From the human T2T-CHM13v2.0 reference genome, Homo sapiens, in assembly GCF_009914755.1 (NCBI RefSeq), contig NC_060934.1: DNA of 64,000 nucleotides. One strand, 5' to 3'. Both the position numbers and the translations under genes were made by a program. How positions within the stretch are numbered: the first letter of the stretch is position 1; each line of letters opens with the position of its first letter. This document shows positions 52,840-64,000 of the stretch, piece after piece. Below the pieces are notes generated by a model. That model had not been told where the DNA came from. It saw nothing but the letters and a program-made list of their open reading frames with translations, and made no database searches.

Positions 52840-54005
52840 TATTAAATCAACTTTATTGAAGTATAATTTATACCAATGAAATGCACAGATTTTAAGTATA
52901 CAATTTGATGAGTCTTGACAAATATATACAGCTGTCTAACTGCTACTCCAACATAGAACATTTTTATCTCTTCAGAAAGTCACATGCACTCCTTCAGAGT
53001 TAATCTGTATCCCACAGCCAACCAATGATCCAATTTCTATCACCATCATAAGTTTTGCTGGTTCTAGAATTTCATATAAATACAATTAAAGGCATACATT
53101 CTTTTATGTGTGACTTCTTTTGCTCAACATGTCTACTAGGATGATCTTGGTGGTTGTGTATATTATCAGTTATTTTATTGCTATTACTTTTTATGGTTGA
53201 GTGTATTCCATTGTATGAATATATAAACAGTTCTCCTTCGCCTGTTTGTGGACATTGAGAAGTTTCTAGGTTTTGGCTACTATAAATGAAGCTACTATGA
53301 ATGTTTGTTTTTAAGATTTTTGTTGAAGTATGTTTTTATTTCTCTTTGAAAAATAGAGTAGAATTGTTGGTCATAGCAGAAGTATAGTGTTGGCCTTATA
53401 AAAAGGAAAAAACTTCCAAACAGTTTGCAAACTGTATCATTTCACATTCCTACTAGCAACGTATGAGAATTCAAGTTGCCGCACATCCTTAGCAACACTT
53501 TATCTTGACAGTCTTTTTAAATTTTAGTTCTCCTAGTGGGTAGGTATTGGTATATCATTGTGTTGTTAATTTGTACTTCCCCGATGACCAGTTATATTGA
53601 CTGTATTCTCATATGTCTACTGGCCATTCTTCTGTGTGTGGGTGTTTTCAATATTTTACCAGTTTTTAGTTGTGTTGTTTCTTTTCTTATTATTGAATTG
53701 TAGGAGTTCTCTATATATTTTGGTTACATGTCCTATTTCATAAATAGGTATTGCAAATACTCTTTCCCAGTCTGTCATTTGACTTTTCATTTTCTTAACA
53801 GTTTCCTTCAAAAAACAGACATTTTTAATTTTGATAAAGTGCAGCTTTTCATTTTTTTGTCCTTTATGGTTAGTGTTTTTTGTGTTTTGTCAAAAAAAAA
53901 TTGTCTTTCCTAACATACTCTTTATTATATGTTGTTTTTCCTTAGAAGTTTTGGTTTTTGCTTTTGCATTTAAATATATGGCCCATTTTAAGTTGCTTTG
54001 TGTAT
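52840..54005 (-). mobile_element. Old L1M 3' region, antisense
   Basis: 'ctttattgaagtataatttatacc...cattcctactagcaacgtatgagaattc...ttttaattttgataaagtgc'. Confidence 0.75.
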
Positions 54006-54039
54006 AGATATATATTATATATTGTGTATAAACATATAT

Positions 54040-55255
54040 ATTGTGGCTTTATGACATAGGAGAAATGATAAAACAACAATACTGGAATTGGGGTATAAGA
54101 ATACACAGTTCTTAGGTTATACTTGAAGTAGTGTAATGTTGAGCATCCTGTGATGAGTTAAAGACATATATTATACATCTTAGAGCAATCACCTTAGAAA
54201 AGGGCTAAAGATAATAAACTAATAGAGGAGGTAAAATGAAATGCTAAAAATACTCAATCCAAAAGTGGGTAGAAAAAAGGACAAAAAAGAAAAACAAGAT
54301 GGTATATTTAAACCCAACCATGTCAATAATTACATTAAATGTAAATGGCCTAAATATTCCAACTAAAAGGCAGAGATTGTCAGAGTGGATGAAAATATAA
54401 AACTCAACTATATGCTGCCTTTAAGAAATTCACTTTAAATATAAAGGCAGATAGGTTAATAATAAGGTCTGTAAAATATATATGTAAATATTAATCATGA
54501 GAAAACCGAAGTGGTCATGTTAAATAGACCAATGATGAAAGAGTTAATTCACTAGAAAGACATGCCAATCTTAAATATATATGCACCTAACAACAAGTTT
54601 AAAACACATTAAGCAAAGGTGATAGAACTGAATGGAGAAATAGAGCCACAACTATAACTGGAGATTTTAACACTCCTCTTTAAATAATTTATAGAACAAA
54701 TTGACCGAAAACAAAATTAGGTATGAATATTGGATAAAGGAGATTTGAATAACACTGTCAATCAACTGACTCAATTGACATTTATAAAATACTCAACCCA
54801 ACAATAGTATAATACACATCCTTTTCAAGTGCACATGGGACATTTGCCAAGATAGACTATATGCTGGGCCATAAAAGAAATCTTAATAAGTCTAAAATAA
54901 TCAAAATCATGGAGTATGTTCTCTGACCAAAATATAATTAACTTAGAGATTACTAATAAAACATATCTAAACATTTTTCAAATATTTGCAAATTTAGAAA
55001 TACACCTCTACATAACCCATGAGTCACAGAAGAAATCATAAGAAAAATAGAAACACTTTAAAATGAATGAAAGTAAAAACACATCATATCAAAATTTTTA
55101 GTAGAAAGCTAAAGCAATATTTAGAGGGAAATTTATAGTTTTAAATATTTACATTTAAAAAGAAGAAAGATATAAAATCAATTATTTGTTTTCAACTTAA
55201 GATACAGAACCAAGAGCCAAAAATAAGTAGAAGAAATGTAATGATAAGGATAAAA
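54040..55255 (+). mobile_element. Old L1M inter-ORF/ORF2 endonuclease region, sense, decayed
   Basis: 'tcaataattacattaaatgtaaatggcctaaat' (ITLNVNGLN-like), 'ataactggagattttaacactcctct' (GDFNTPL), 'ttctctgacca'. Many stops. Confidence 0.85.
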
Positions 55256-56859
55256 TACTAACTTATTAGTAAGATTTTAAATAATTTTTAAAGGTTCATC
55301 TATGTCTATAAGGCCTTGCACATACTAGGTGCCTTGTAAGTATTTTTTTCCAGTTGGAATAAAGCCTTCTACTTTCTAATATAGGGTTAAAACAGTGTGG
55401 CTTAGTAGAATGAACATAAGTTAAAGAGTATGGGCAGTCTAGAGTTTAAATATCAGCTCCCTCATTTAATAATTGCATGACCTTGGACAAGCCATTTAAT
55501 TTCTCTGAGCTATAACAATAGCTACATTTATTGAGTACTTATTGATGGTATGCACCTTATATGTATTAACTCATTTAATTCTTATAACAACTCCATGAGG
55601 TAGGTACATTTAACATCCTCCTTTTAAAGGAAATAGTATCTCATATGGTTTAGAAGCCCCTCTGAGATCACAGAGCTAGCAGATGGTAGCATTGAGATTC
55701 AAAGACAGGCTCATCTGACAGTAATCTTATGTACTATTCCTGAAGATCCAGAAAACTTCAGTTTCTTCATTTGTAAAAATAAGGTTATTGATGCAAGATT
55801 GACTGAAGGGGAACAACAGGAATGGAGAACAACAATACACAGGGTCTGGCTGTGTACAGGGAGAGAGGGAGTGGAATGTCCCCCAAGTGCTATTCAACAG
55901 AGCAGTTCCAAGATGCATTTCAGCACTAGGGCCTGCAGGGAGAGAGGTCAGGAACATATTGTATTGCCCATTGGTGCCATCTACTTTGCTGTGTCTGGCT
56001 TGCCAGGCCCAAGCAGGTCATGTAAATGAGTACAGTGGTAGGTAAGGTGGGCCGTGACAATGAGTGATGAATCTTCTAAAGCGTCAGCAGCCCCTTGCCT
56101 CAAACTCCCTGAGGCCACACTGAAATGTGCACCCAGCATCACCAGAGCTTCTGAGTTTTCAAGAGATGCCAGTAATCTGGCTTTTAAGTACTCTCAATTC
56201 TTAGGTATTGACTCTTAAACTTTTTAAGGAAACACTGTAGGGGCTAAATAAAATACATTTGATGGCTGGCTTTAGCTCATGATGGGCAGTCCATAGTCTT
56301 GGGTTTACACTTAGTGTGTTTTAAAGGATATTCCAATAACCAGAACGAAAGTGTTTTTCTTATCTTCTAAGTTCTTTTGAGTAATAATTCCAAAGTACTA
56401 TATGGACATCAATAGGTTGGGATTAATATTTATGTTGGAATGAAAAAAGAAAACTGTGTGTGTGTGTATGTGTGTGTGTGTGAGAGAGAGAGAATTTCTT
56501 AAAAGACTTCAAAGCAGAAAACTATGTGGCTAATCTTATTAGTGGAAAAAAAAAAAGACTTAGCATCTCTGGGAGATACTCCTTTACTCCTTTGGTTGGA
56601 GTCACCCTTGTCAGGCAAGAAAGGAAAGGTGATAGCACAGTTTTCCTCTTAGCTACAAGGGGGGAATAGAGAACTTAGCAGATGAATGATGACCAACTGA
56701 AGAAGGCTCAGGGTAACATCACAAATCCACAATGCATAATGTTGCTGGGAAGAATATGTGACTAATTGCCACCTGTATTTAAAGCAGTGGGGAGAGAGGT
56801 GTTTCCCTTTCTTTGAAAGAAACACCAAAGAAGGAAGGAAAGAAAGAACAGATTACATC

Positions 56860-57030
56860 TGTGCTTCTCTAAATTTCATGTGCACACAGATCCCCCGGGG
56901 AATCTCATTAAAATGCAGATTCTGAATCAGTAGCTGGAGGGTAGGGTAGGGCCTGGGAATCTGTATTTCTTACAAGTTCCCAGGTGATGCTGATGCTGCT
57001 GGGTCCAGGGCCACATTCTAAATGACAAGA
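56860..57030. mobile_element. MER5A
   Basis: 'aaaatgcagattctgaatcagtag...gggcctgggaatctgtatttcttacaagttcccaggtgatgctgatgctgctgg'. Confidence 0.85.
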
Positions 57031-57044
57031 AACTAGCTGTTCTA

Positions 57045-58322
57045 TTAAAGTGAGTGCAAAAGTAATTGTGATTTTCCCATTGTTGGAATTTGCTGTTTGA
57101 TATTGGAATACATTCTTAAATCAATGTGGTTAAGTTATACATCATTTTAATGGGCATTTCTCTATTTTTTTTTGCTAATGACTTATTACTTGCTGTTTAT
57201 TTTAAACTATGGAAATGATGTTAGACAAAAAGCAAATTCAAGCAATTTTCTTATTTGAGTTCAAAATGGGTTGTAAAGCAGCAGAGACAACTTGGAACAA
57301 CAACAATGCATTTGGCTCAGGAACTGCTAATGAACGTACAGTGCAGTGGTGGTTCAAGAAGTTTTGCCAAGGAGACAAGAGCCTTGAAGATGAGGAGCAC
57401 AGTAGCTTGCCATTGGAAGTTGACAATGACCAATTGAGAGCAATCATCGAAGCTGATCATCCTTACAACTACACAAGAAGTTGCTGAAGAAGTCAACGTT
57501 GACCCTTCTATGGTCATTTGGCATTTGAAACAAATTGCAAAGATGAAAAGGTTCCATAAGTGAGTGCCTCATGAGCTGAGCAAAAATTTAAAAAAAAAAA
57601 TCATTGTTTTGAAGCGTCGTCTTCTCTTATTCTACACAATAACGAACCGTTTCTCAATTGAATTGTTACGTGTGACAAAAAGTGGATTTTAAATGACAAC
57701 TGGCAATGACCAGCTCAACGATCGGACTGAGAAAAAGCTCCAAAGCACTTCCCAAAGCCAAACTTGCACCCAAAAAAAAGGTCATGGTCACTATTTGGTG
57801 GTCTGTTGCTGGTCTGATCCATACAGCTTTTTGGATCCCAGCGGAACCATTACATCTGAGAAGTATGTTCAGCAAATCCACGAGATGCACTGAAAACTGC
57901 AATGCCTGCAGCCAGCATTGGTCAACAGAAAGGGCCCAGTTCTTCTCCAAGGCAATGCCCGAACACACATAGCACAACCAACACTTCAAAAGTTGAACGA
58001 ATTGGGCTATGAAGTTTCGCCTCATCTGCCATATTCACCTGACCTCTCGCCAACCAAATATCACTTCTTAAAGCATCTCTACAACTTTTTTCTAGGGAAA
58101 ATGCTTCATGGTCAGCAGGATGCAGAAAATGCTTTCCAAGAGTCTGTCAAATCCCAAAGCAAGATTTTTTACACTACAGGAATAAACAAGCTTATTTCTC
58201 ATTGGCAAAAATGTGTTGATTGTAATGGTTTCTATTTTGATTAATAAAAATGTGTTTGAGCCTAGTTACAATGATTTAAAAATTCATGGTCTGAAACAGC
58301 AATTACTTTTGCACCAACCTAA
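57045..58322 (+). mobile_element. Hsmar1 mariner transposon, full length (~1.28 kb), TA TSD
   Basis: Left TIR (degenerate) TTAAAGTGAGTGCAAAAGTAATTGTG. Right TIR reverse complement TTAGGTTGGTGCAAAAGTAATTGCTG. Flanked by TA. Confidence 0.96.
57209..58244 (+). pseudogene. Hsmar1 transposase pseudogene (same family as the SETMAR transposase domain)
   Basis: Fragments MEMMLDKKQIQAIFLFEFKMG..., KKVMVTIWWS..., PYSPDLSPTKYHF... and CVDCNGFYFD* lie in different frames. WVPHEL is broken by TGA, and HDNARPH reads QGNARTH. Confidence 0.93.
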
Positions 58323-59849
58323 TAAATTCTGAACTCTAGTGATAGAAGAACATTTAGAGATCATCAAGGATGTCCAAACTGAACTAAAGAGTTCCTTCCA
58401 TCCTCTGCTCCCCTTCCTCCCAGGAGCTCCTTGTTTCTGTGATGGCGCAAACCCCAGGCCTCTCTGGTTGAAACCTGGGACCTGTTTAGGCTCTTGCTTG
58501 TCTCTCACTCCCAGCCCTAGCCCCTTCACATGGCAGCCCAAGTTTAACCCCTTACCTCATTTGTCAGTTCTACTTCCATAGGGTCACTCTATCCACCCTT
58601 ATCCTCCCCTGCCTTCCCTCGACTCCTGCCTCTAACCTGGGTTTTGTGTTTCCTAAATGGCCTCTTTGCTGCCTGTATCCTCCCTATACTGTTTATTCTA
58701 TGCAGAGCTTCCCACATGCCCTTCCTGAGTGCTGCTCACTGCACTCTCTTGCTCAGGAGTAATCAATGCCCACCTTCTCCTCTGTCTCTTCTACCTCTGC
58801 CTTGCACAAACCTGCACCCATCTCCTCCCAAACCCCCTTGATGAACCTACTATCTTTGCCCAAGCTTTTTTTTTTTCCTCTAGAGCACACTCTACCCTCT
58901 CAGCTGTCAAAATCACACCTCAAGGACTAGCTCAATATTGATGAGAACTGAGAAATACATTTTGTACCCTTTTTTCGTAGTTTTAAGTTTCTGCTGAATA
59001 TGCCTTAAGCCTGTGGTGTTTTCTTCATGCTGAACCATTACCTAGAAATTTCTCTGTGACCTATTGTTACTGCCAGCCCCAGGAGAATGGGCAGGTGCCC
59101 ATTTTGATAGCTAGAGGCATGCTGCTTAGAAAATTCATCCTTCCCTGGGCCTCTCCTTTCCACTTCCTCCCCAGAGCCTGTTCGTTTGATCACCCAGCAG
59201 GAAGTGATAGGTACACCCCCTTTATAATTATAGCCTTTCTCCTTCTATCCCCTAAAATAATAGTTTCCTCATTTCCATCCTTGTCTGAAACACAGAGCAA
59301 CAGCCCTCCATTCATCTTCCAAAATAGCAATACTTGTTTTGTTTTTTTAAAACTTGTCCTCCCCCATGTCTTCCTCAGCCTACTCTTTCTCTCTCTTCTC
59401 CTCCCATCTCCTCTTCTAAATACAGCCAATAGACTCTTCAGTTTTTCTTCCAAATGTCTTCAGTCCCTATTTCTCAGAAGAGGAGCCACTGTGTCCCTCT
59501 GGAATGCCTCCTTCTAAAGGAGCTTATGTCACTTCTTATCTCCCCTGTAACTAGTCATTAACCTCAGTGTTCAACCAACTTCTGATAGCAGCTCCTGCTA
59601 ATAACCTGAACTTCATTAATACCCACTATGTGCCACGTGCTCTGCAAGCATCTCTCATTTTGTTTTCATAACCTCACAAAATAAATATTATTACTATCCC
59701 CATTGTACAGAACAGAACATTGAAAACTCACCTGTCTAAGGTGTACAAATAGAAGATGGCAGAGGTACAATTCAAATCCAAATCCAGGTTACTCTGATGT
59801 CAAAGCCAGCATTCAATGCCACTCCCCAAACCATGTCACCAGTTAGCCT

Positions 59850-60551
59850 GCGTATTTATTTTCTTTGGCTGCCATAACAAATTTCCACAAACTGGGCAAC
59901 TTAAAATAATAGGAACTTATTGTCTCAAAGTCTTGGAGGCCAGAAGTCCAAAGTCAAAGTGTCAGTAGGACTGGTTCTAAGGGAAAATCTGTTCCATGCC
60001 CCTCTCCTAGCTTCTGGTGGCTGCTGGCAATCCTTGGTATTCCTTGCCTTGTCCACTCATCACTCAAACTTCTAGCTCTGTCTTCACATCATCCTCTCCT
60101 CTGTTTTTTTTTTTTTCTCCAATTCTCTTCTGTATTGAGTATGGTTTCCCCATACTGTTCTCGTGGTGGTGAATAAGTCTCACGAGATCTGATGGTTTCA
60201 TAAGGGATTTCCCCTTTCACTTGGCTCTCCTTCTCTCCTGCCTGCCACCATGTAAGATGTACCTTTCAGCTTCTGCCATGATTCTGAGGCCTCCCCAGCC
60301 ACATGGAACTGTGAGTCCATTAAACCTCTTTTTCTTTGTAAATTACCCAGTCTCAGGTATGTGTTTATCAGCAGCATGAAACTGGACTAGTATACTTGTC
60401 ATTGGATTTAGGACTCATCCTAATCTGAGATAATCTTATCTCCAAATCCTTAACTTAATCACTCTTGAAAGACCCTTCCCCCAAATAAGGCCACAGTCAT
60501 TGGATCCAGATAGACATGTCCTTTGAAGAAAGGAGCGTTTATCTCACTACA
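59850..60551 (-). mobile_element. MaLR LTR (MLT1B/C-like) with nested THE1 LTR
   Basis: 'ggctgccataacaaatttccacaaactggg...cttggaggccagaagtccaaagtcaa' upstream and 'gtcattggatttagg...aaataaggccaca' downstream of the insert. Confidence 0.8.
60142..60394 (+). mobile_element. THE1 (B/C-like) LTR, 5'-truncated
   Basis: 'ccccatactgttctcgtggtggtgaataagtctcacgagatctgatgg...gaggcctccccagccacatggaactgtgagtccattaaacctc...'. Confidence 0.9.
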
Positions 60552-60579
60552 CCATGTAAAGAAAAATCAGCATGAGAAA

Positions 60580-61645
60580 TCAACTCTGATGGAGATGTAC
60601 AAGGAGATTAATGTTTTCATGCCTGTTAACACAGCATCCATTCTATAGCCTGTGGATCAAGGAGTTATTTTTATTTTCAAGTCCTATTATTTAAGAAAGA
60701 CATTTTGTAAGGCTGTAGCTTTCAGTGGATAGTGATTATTCTGTTAGATCCAGGCAAAGTAAATTGAAAGCCTCTGGAAATGATTCACCATTGTAGGTGC
60801 CATTAAGAAGATTCATGATTCATGCAAGGAGGTAAAAATATCAACATGAACAGGAGTTTGGGAAAAGTTGATTCCAACACTCATGGATGACTTTGAGGGG
60901 CCCAAGCCTTCAGTGGAGGAAGTCACTGCAGATATGGTAGAAATAGCAAGAGAACCGGAATTAGAAGTGGGGCCTGAAGATGTGACTGAATTGTTGCAAT
61001 CTCACGAGAAAACTTTAATGGGGTATGGAGTTGCTTCTTATGGAGGAGCAAAGAACATGGTTTATTGAAATGCAGTCTACTCCTAGTGAAGAGGCTATGG
61101 ACTGTTGAAATAACAACAAAGGATTTAGAGTAATACATCTACTTAGTTAATAAAGCAGTGGCACGGTTTGAGAGGACTGACTCCAATTTCTAATAGAATT
61201 TCTAATACTATAGGTAAAATGCTATCAAACAGCATTGCATCTGCAGAGAAATCTTTCATGAAAAGAGGAATCAATTGATATAGCAAACTTCACTGTTGTA
61301 TTATTTTAAGAAATTGACAGGGCCACCCAAACCTTCAGCAACCAGAACCCTCATCAGTCAGCAGCCATCAACATTAAGGCAAGATCATCCACCTGCAAAA
61401 AGATTATGACTCACTGAAGGCTCAGATGATTGTTAGCATCTTTTAACAATAAAATATTTTTAAATTAAGGCATGCAGATTGTTTTCTTCAGATACAATAC
61501 TATTGCACACTTAATAGACTATAGTGTAAACGTAACTTTAATATGCACTAGGAAACCAAAAAAAATGTGTGACTTTCTTTATTGCAATATTTGCTGTATT
61601 GCAGCTGTCTGGAACTGGATCTGCAATCATTCCAAGGTGTATCTG
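60580..61645 (+). mobile_element. Tigger1 (pogo-like DNA transposon) 3' portion
   Basis: ORF fragment [49 protein letters not shown] (Tigger1/TIGD1-like). 3' TIR-like 'ccaaggtgtatctg' followed by TA. Confidence 0.9.
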
Positions 61646-63686
61646 TATTTTTCCATGCCACTGTTACTGCAGCTCCAATGACTAATTTCCAAATCCCTGC
61701 ATGGAAGTCACAGCCAGAGTGTACCCTGGCTGTCTGTGCTGTTGACAGAATGCTCTCTGCCACATGCCATGGCAGCCAGAGGAGGGTTGTGGCCCACTGG
61801 GGATGTTGTAGGAAATATATCCCTCCCCAGCTGCGTGCTGCTGCTGGATTGATTCTTCCAGTTTAACTATAGCTGGAGTCAGTGCCTTATAGATTGCTAT
61901 GAAGTCAGGCCCTACAGAAACGTCTAAGTTCGGTGGCAGAACAGAGAGGGACTCAGCGGCCTGGGCTGCATAGTGAAGCTGTTCCCTTAAAGGTGTCATG
62001 GCTGTGTTCTGTGGGAAGGAAAATTGCAAGTGGATATTGTTATAGGGTTATCTCTAGACCCTTCGTCACCTCCTGAGGAGGGCAGCTCTACTCCTGAAGG
62101 CTACAGGAGTCTGAGTTTGCAGGAGCCAAACTGTACTCCCAAGAAGGAGAGAAAGATTTGGGACTGACAATCCATTGGTAAGACCCTACCAGGGTTAGAA
62201 CACTGAATACTCCTGTACCAGTGGGATGCCAGTAAACAGTCCCCAGAACTCACCGCCTGCATATCATTCAGCCACTAGTGGCTGGACCTCTGACCCAGTA
62301 GGGGTCCTTGGGGACCCTGATCATGTGTTCTGGAGGGCACCTGTTAGACTAGTTGGTGCTCTGTAGTTGCTTCCTAAATATTTTAATATCACCCTCGAGG
62401 AACAAGAGAAACAGGAACCAATGAAACTTGAGGTTCCCTGGGCAGGAGGCAAGAAGGAGAATTACCACGGGGTTCCAGCATAGAGCTGTGGGGAGGAACA
62501 ACATGTTGATGGCGGTTTCTGAGCTTGCGTGCCATTTGATACAGCTTCTGTTAAACCCATCCTGCTTGAACAAGATTCTTGCTGGGAGCTGTGAGAGGGC
62601 TGAGCCCTTGGCCAAGGCAAAGTCAACCTGCAGGAGCAAGGAGAACAGTGTGCATTTGTGATAGATGTCTGTGTGCTGAGGTGCCAGGATGTCACTGGGC
62701 TCACAGCCCCACAGCCCTGCTTGTCCTGGGAAGGGATGTGTTCCTGCTGGTGAGTCCAGGGGTCAGTGGGTACAGCCGGACACACCAGGGCAGAGAGTGG
62801 CAAAATACAACTTGTGCTTATCTCCTTTGCTGTGTGGCTCATCGGGAAGAGGGCAGGTGTCGTATTAGCCATGCTTTCTTATAAAGAGGCAAATTCTCTG
62901 ACGGTCGCAGGGACTGAAGCAGTAGCTATTTGGAATGCTCTCTCCACTGAACAGCCTACCCTTTCCATAAGGAGGACTTCCTGTTTCTGCCTGTCTCTGG
63001 TTTCCACAGTCAACAATGTTTTGCCCAGGATTGGATTTTTCTTTGCTTCTGCTTTGAGCACAAGCTCAGAGACTATAAAGGTGAATTAGACACTGCCTGT
63101 GGCTATCCCAGCCTAGTTGTGGGCATCAGCAGGTTCTTCAGGGACAACCCCTATGTGGCTGAGGGCATTCTGTTCCTCATGCTCAGTTTCTCTTCCATAC
63201 GAGGGGTTTATCTCATCTCTGTTTTGTACCTGTCTATACACTGGGCTGGACTTCCTTCCCCAACTCACAGAAGAGCCCCTCTCCCAAATGTGACTTAGAA
63301 TGTGTTCCCTGTTTAGTGGTCAAGCTCTCCTTGAAGTGTAATAAATTCTCCCTTTCCATCCCAAGTTTTCTGTCTACATTAGATGTTGAACCCCTCATAG
63401 TTACATTTCCAGAGTTCCTTGGACCTCCATTTTCTAATCTGTAAAACAGAAGGAATGAGGCTAGATGAATTTCAGATATTCTAGACATTTTATCACATTT
63501 TACACTTTGTTAATAGGTGCTAGTCCACAAAGCACATTTATGCAAGTTTTAATTAAAAGCATCTTCCTCCAAGACAGAGACTATTCCAGGACCATGGCTT
63601 GGTGAGCAGAGCAATGGCTAGATTCAGCCTCTCCTTACGCTTTTGGCCAGGTACCCTTGTGTAGTGAATAACCTGCACAACCATAC

Positions 63687-64000
63687 TGTATGAGTCTGTT
63701 CTCAAGCTGCTAATAAAGACATACCCGAGACTGGATGACTTATAAAGGAAAGAGGTTTAATTTATTCACAGTTCAGCATGCCTGGGGAGGCCTCAGGAAA
63801 CTTACAATCATGGCAGAAGGGGAAGCAAATACGTCCTTCTTCACATGGTGGCAGCAAGGATAAGCGCAGAGCAAAGGGGGATATGCCCCTTATAAAACCA
63901 TCAGATCTCATGAGAACTCACTCACTATCATGAGAACAGCATGAAAGTAACCACCCCGATGATTAAATTACCTCCCAACGGGTCCCTCCCACAACACGTG
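63687..64000 (-). mobile_element. THE1D-like LTR, running off the window end
   Basis: 'tgtatgagtctgttctcaagctgctaataaagacatacccgagactgg...ggggaggcctcaggaaacttacaatcatggcagaagg'. Confidence 0.9.

Noticed and set aside
52840-55255. L1 twin-priming inversion (antisense 3' piece abutting sense ORF2 piece)
   Set aside because: Orientation fits, but the pieces appear to be far apart in L1 coordinates and I found no shared TSD. Two separate old insertions explain it equally well.

Overview
Primate, almost certainly human, genomic DNA. It holds the 3' end of PLPP4 (PPAPDC1A, phospholipid phosphatase 4) on the + strand: a 171-nt coding exon at 12988-13158, and the terminal coding exon at 27172-27371 followed by a 3' UTR with several poly(A) signals. 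About 9 kb downstream is a 128-codon ORF (36187-36573) that I recognise from memory as the putative protein of LINC01561/C10orf85. The rest is intron and intergenic DNA rich in transposable elements: 11 Alus including a consensus-like AluYb8, old L1/L2/MIR, ERV1/ERVL/MaLR solo LTRs, a full-length decayed Hsmar1, a MADE1 MITE, a Tigger1 fragment, MER5/MER20/MER58, and simple repeats. I found no CRISPR array, prokaryotic system or clearly new gene system. Two structures stand out. The first is a ~189-bp, ~97% identical inverted repeat of non-Alu sequence, with arms 1.36 kb apart, inside the PLPP4 intron. The second is an MLT2A solo LTR flanked exactly by a ~140-bp direct duplication instead of the usual 5-bp target-site duplication (TSD). 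Repeat subfamily calls are by eye and from memory of consensus sequences, and old-repeat boundaries are approximate.
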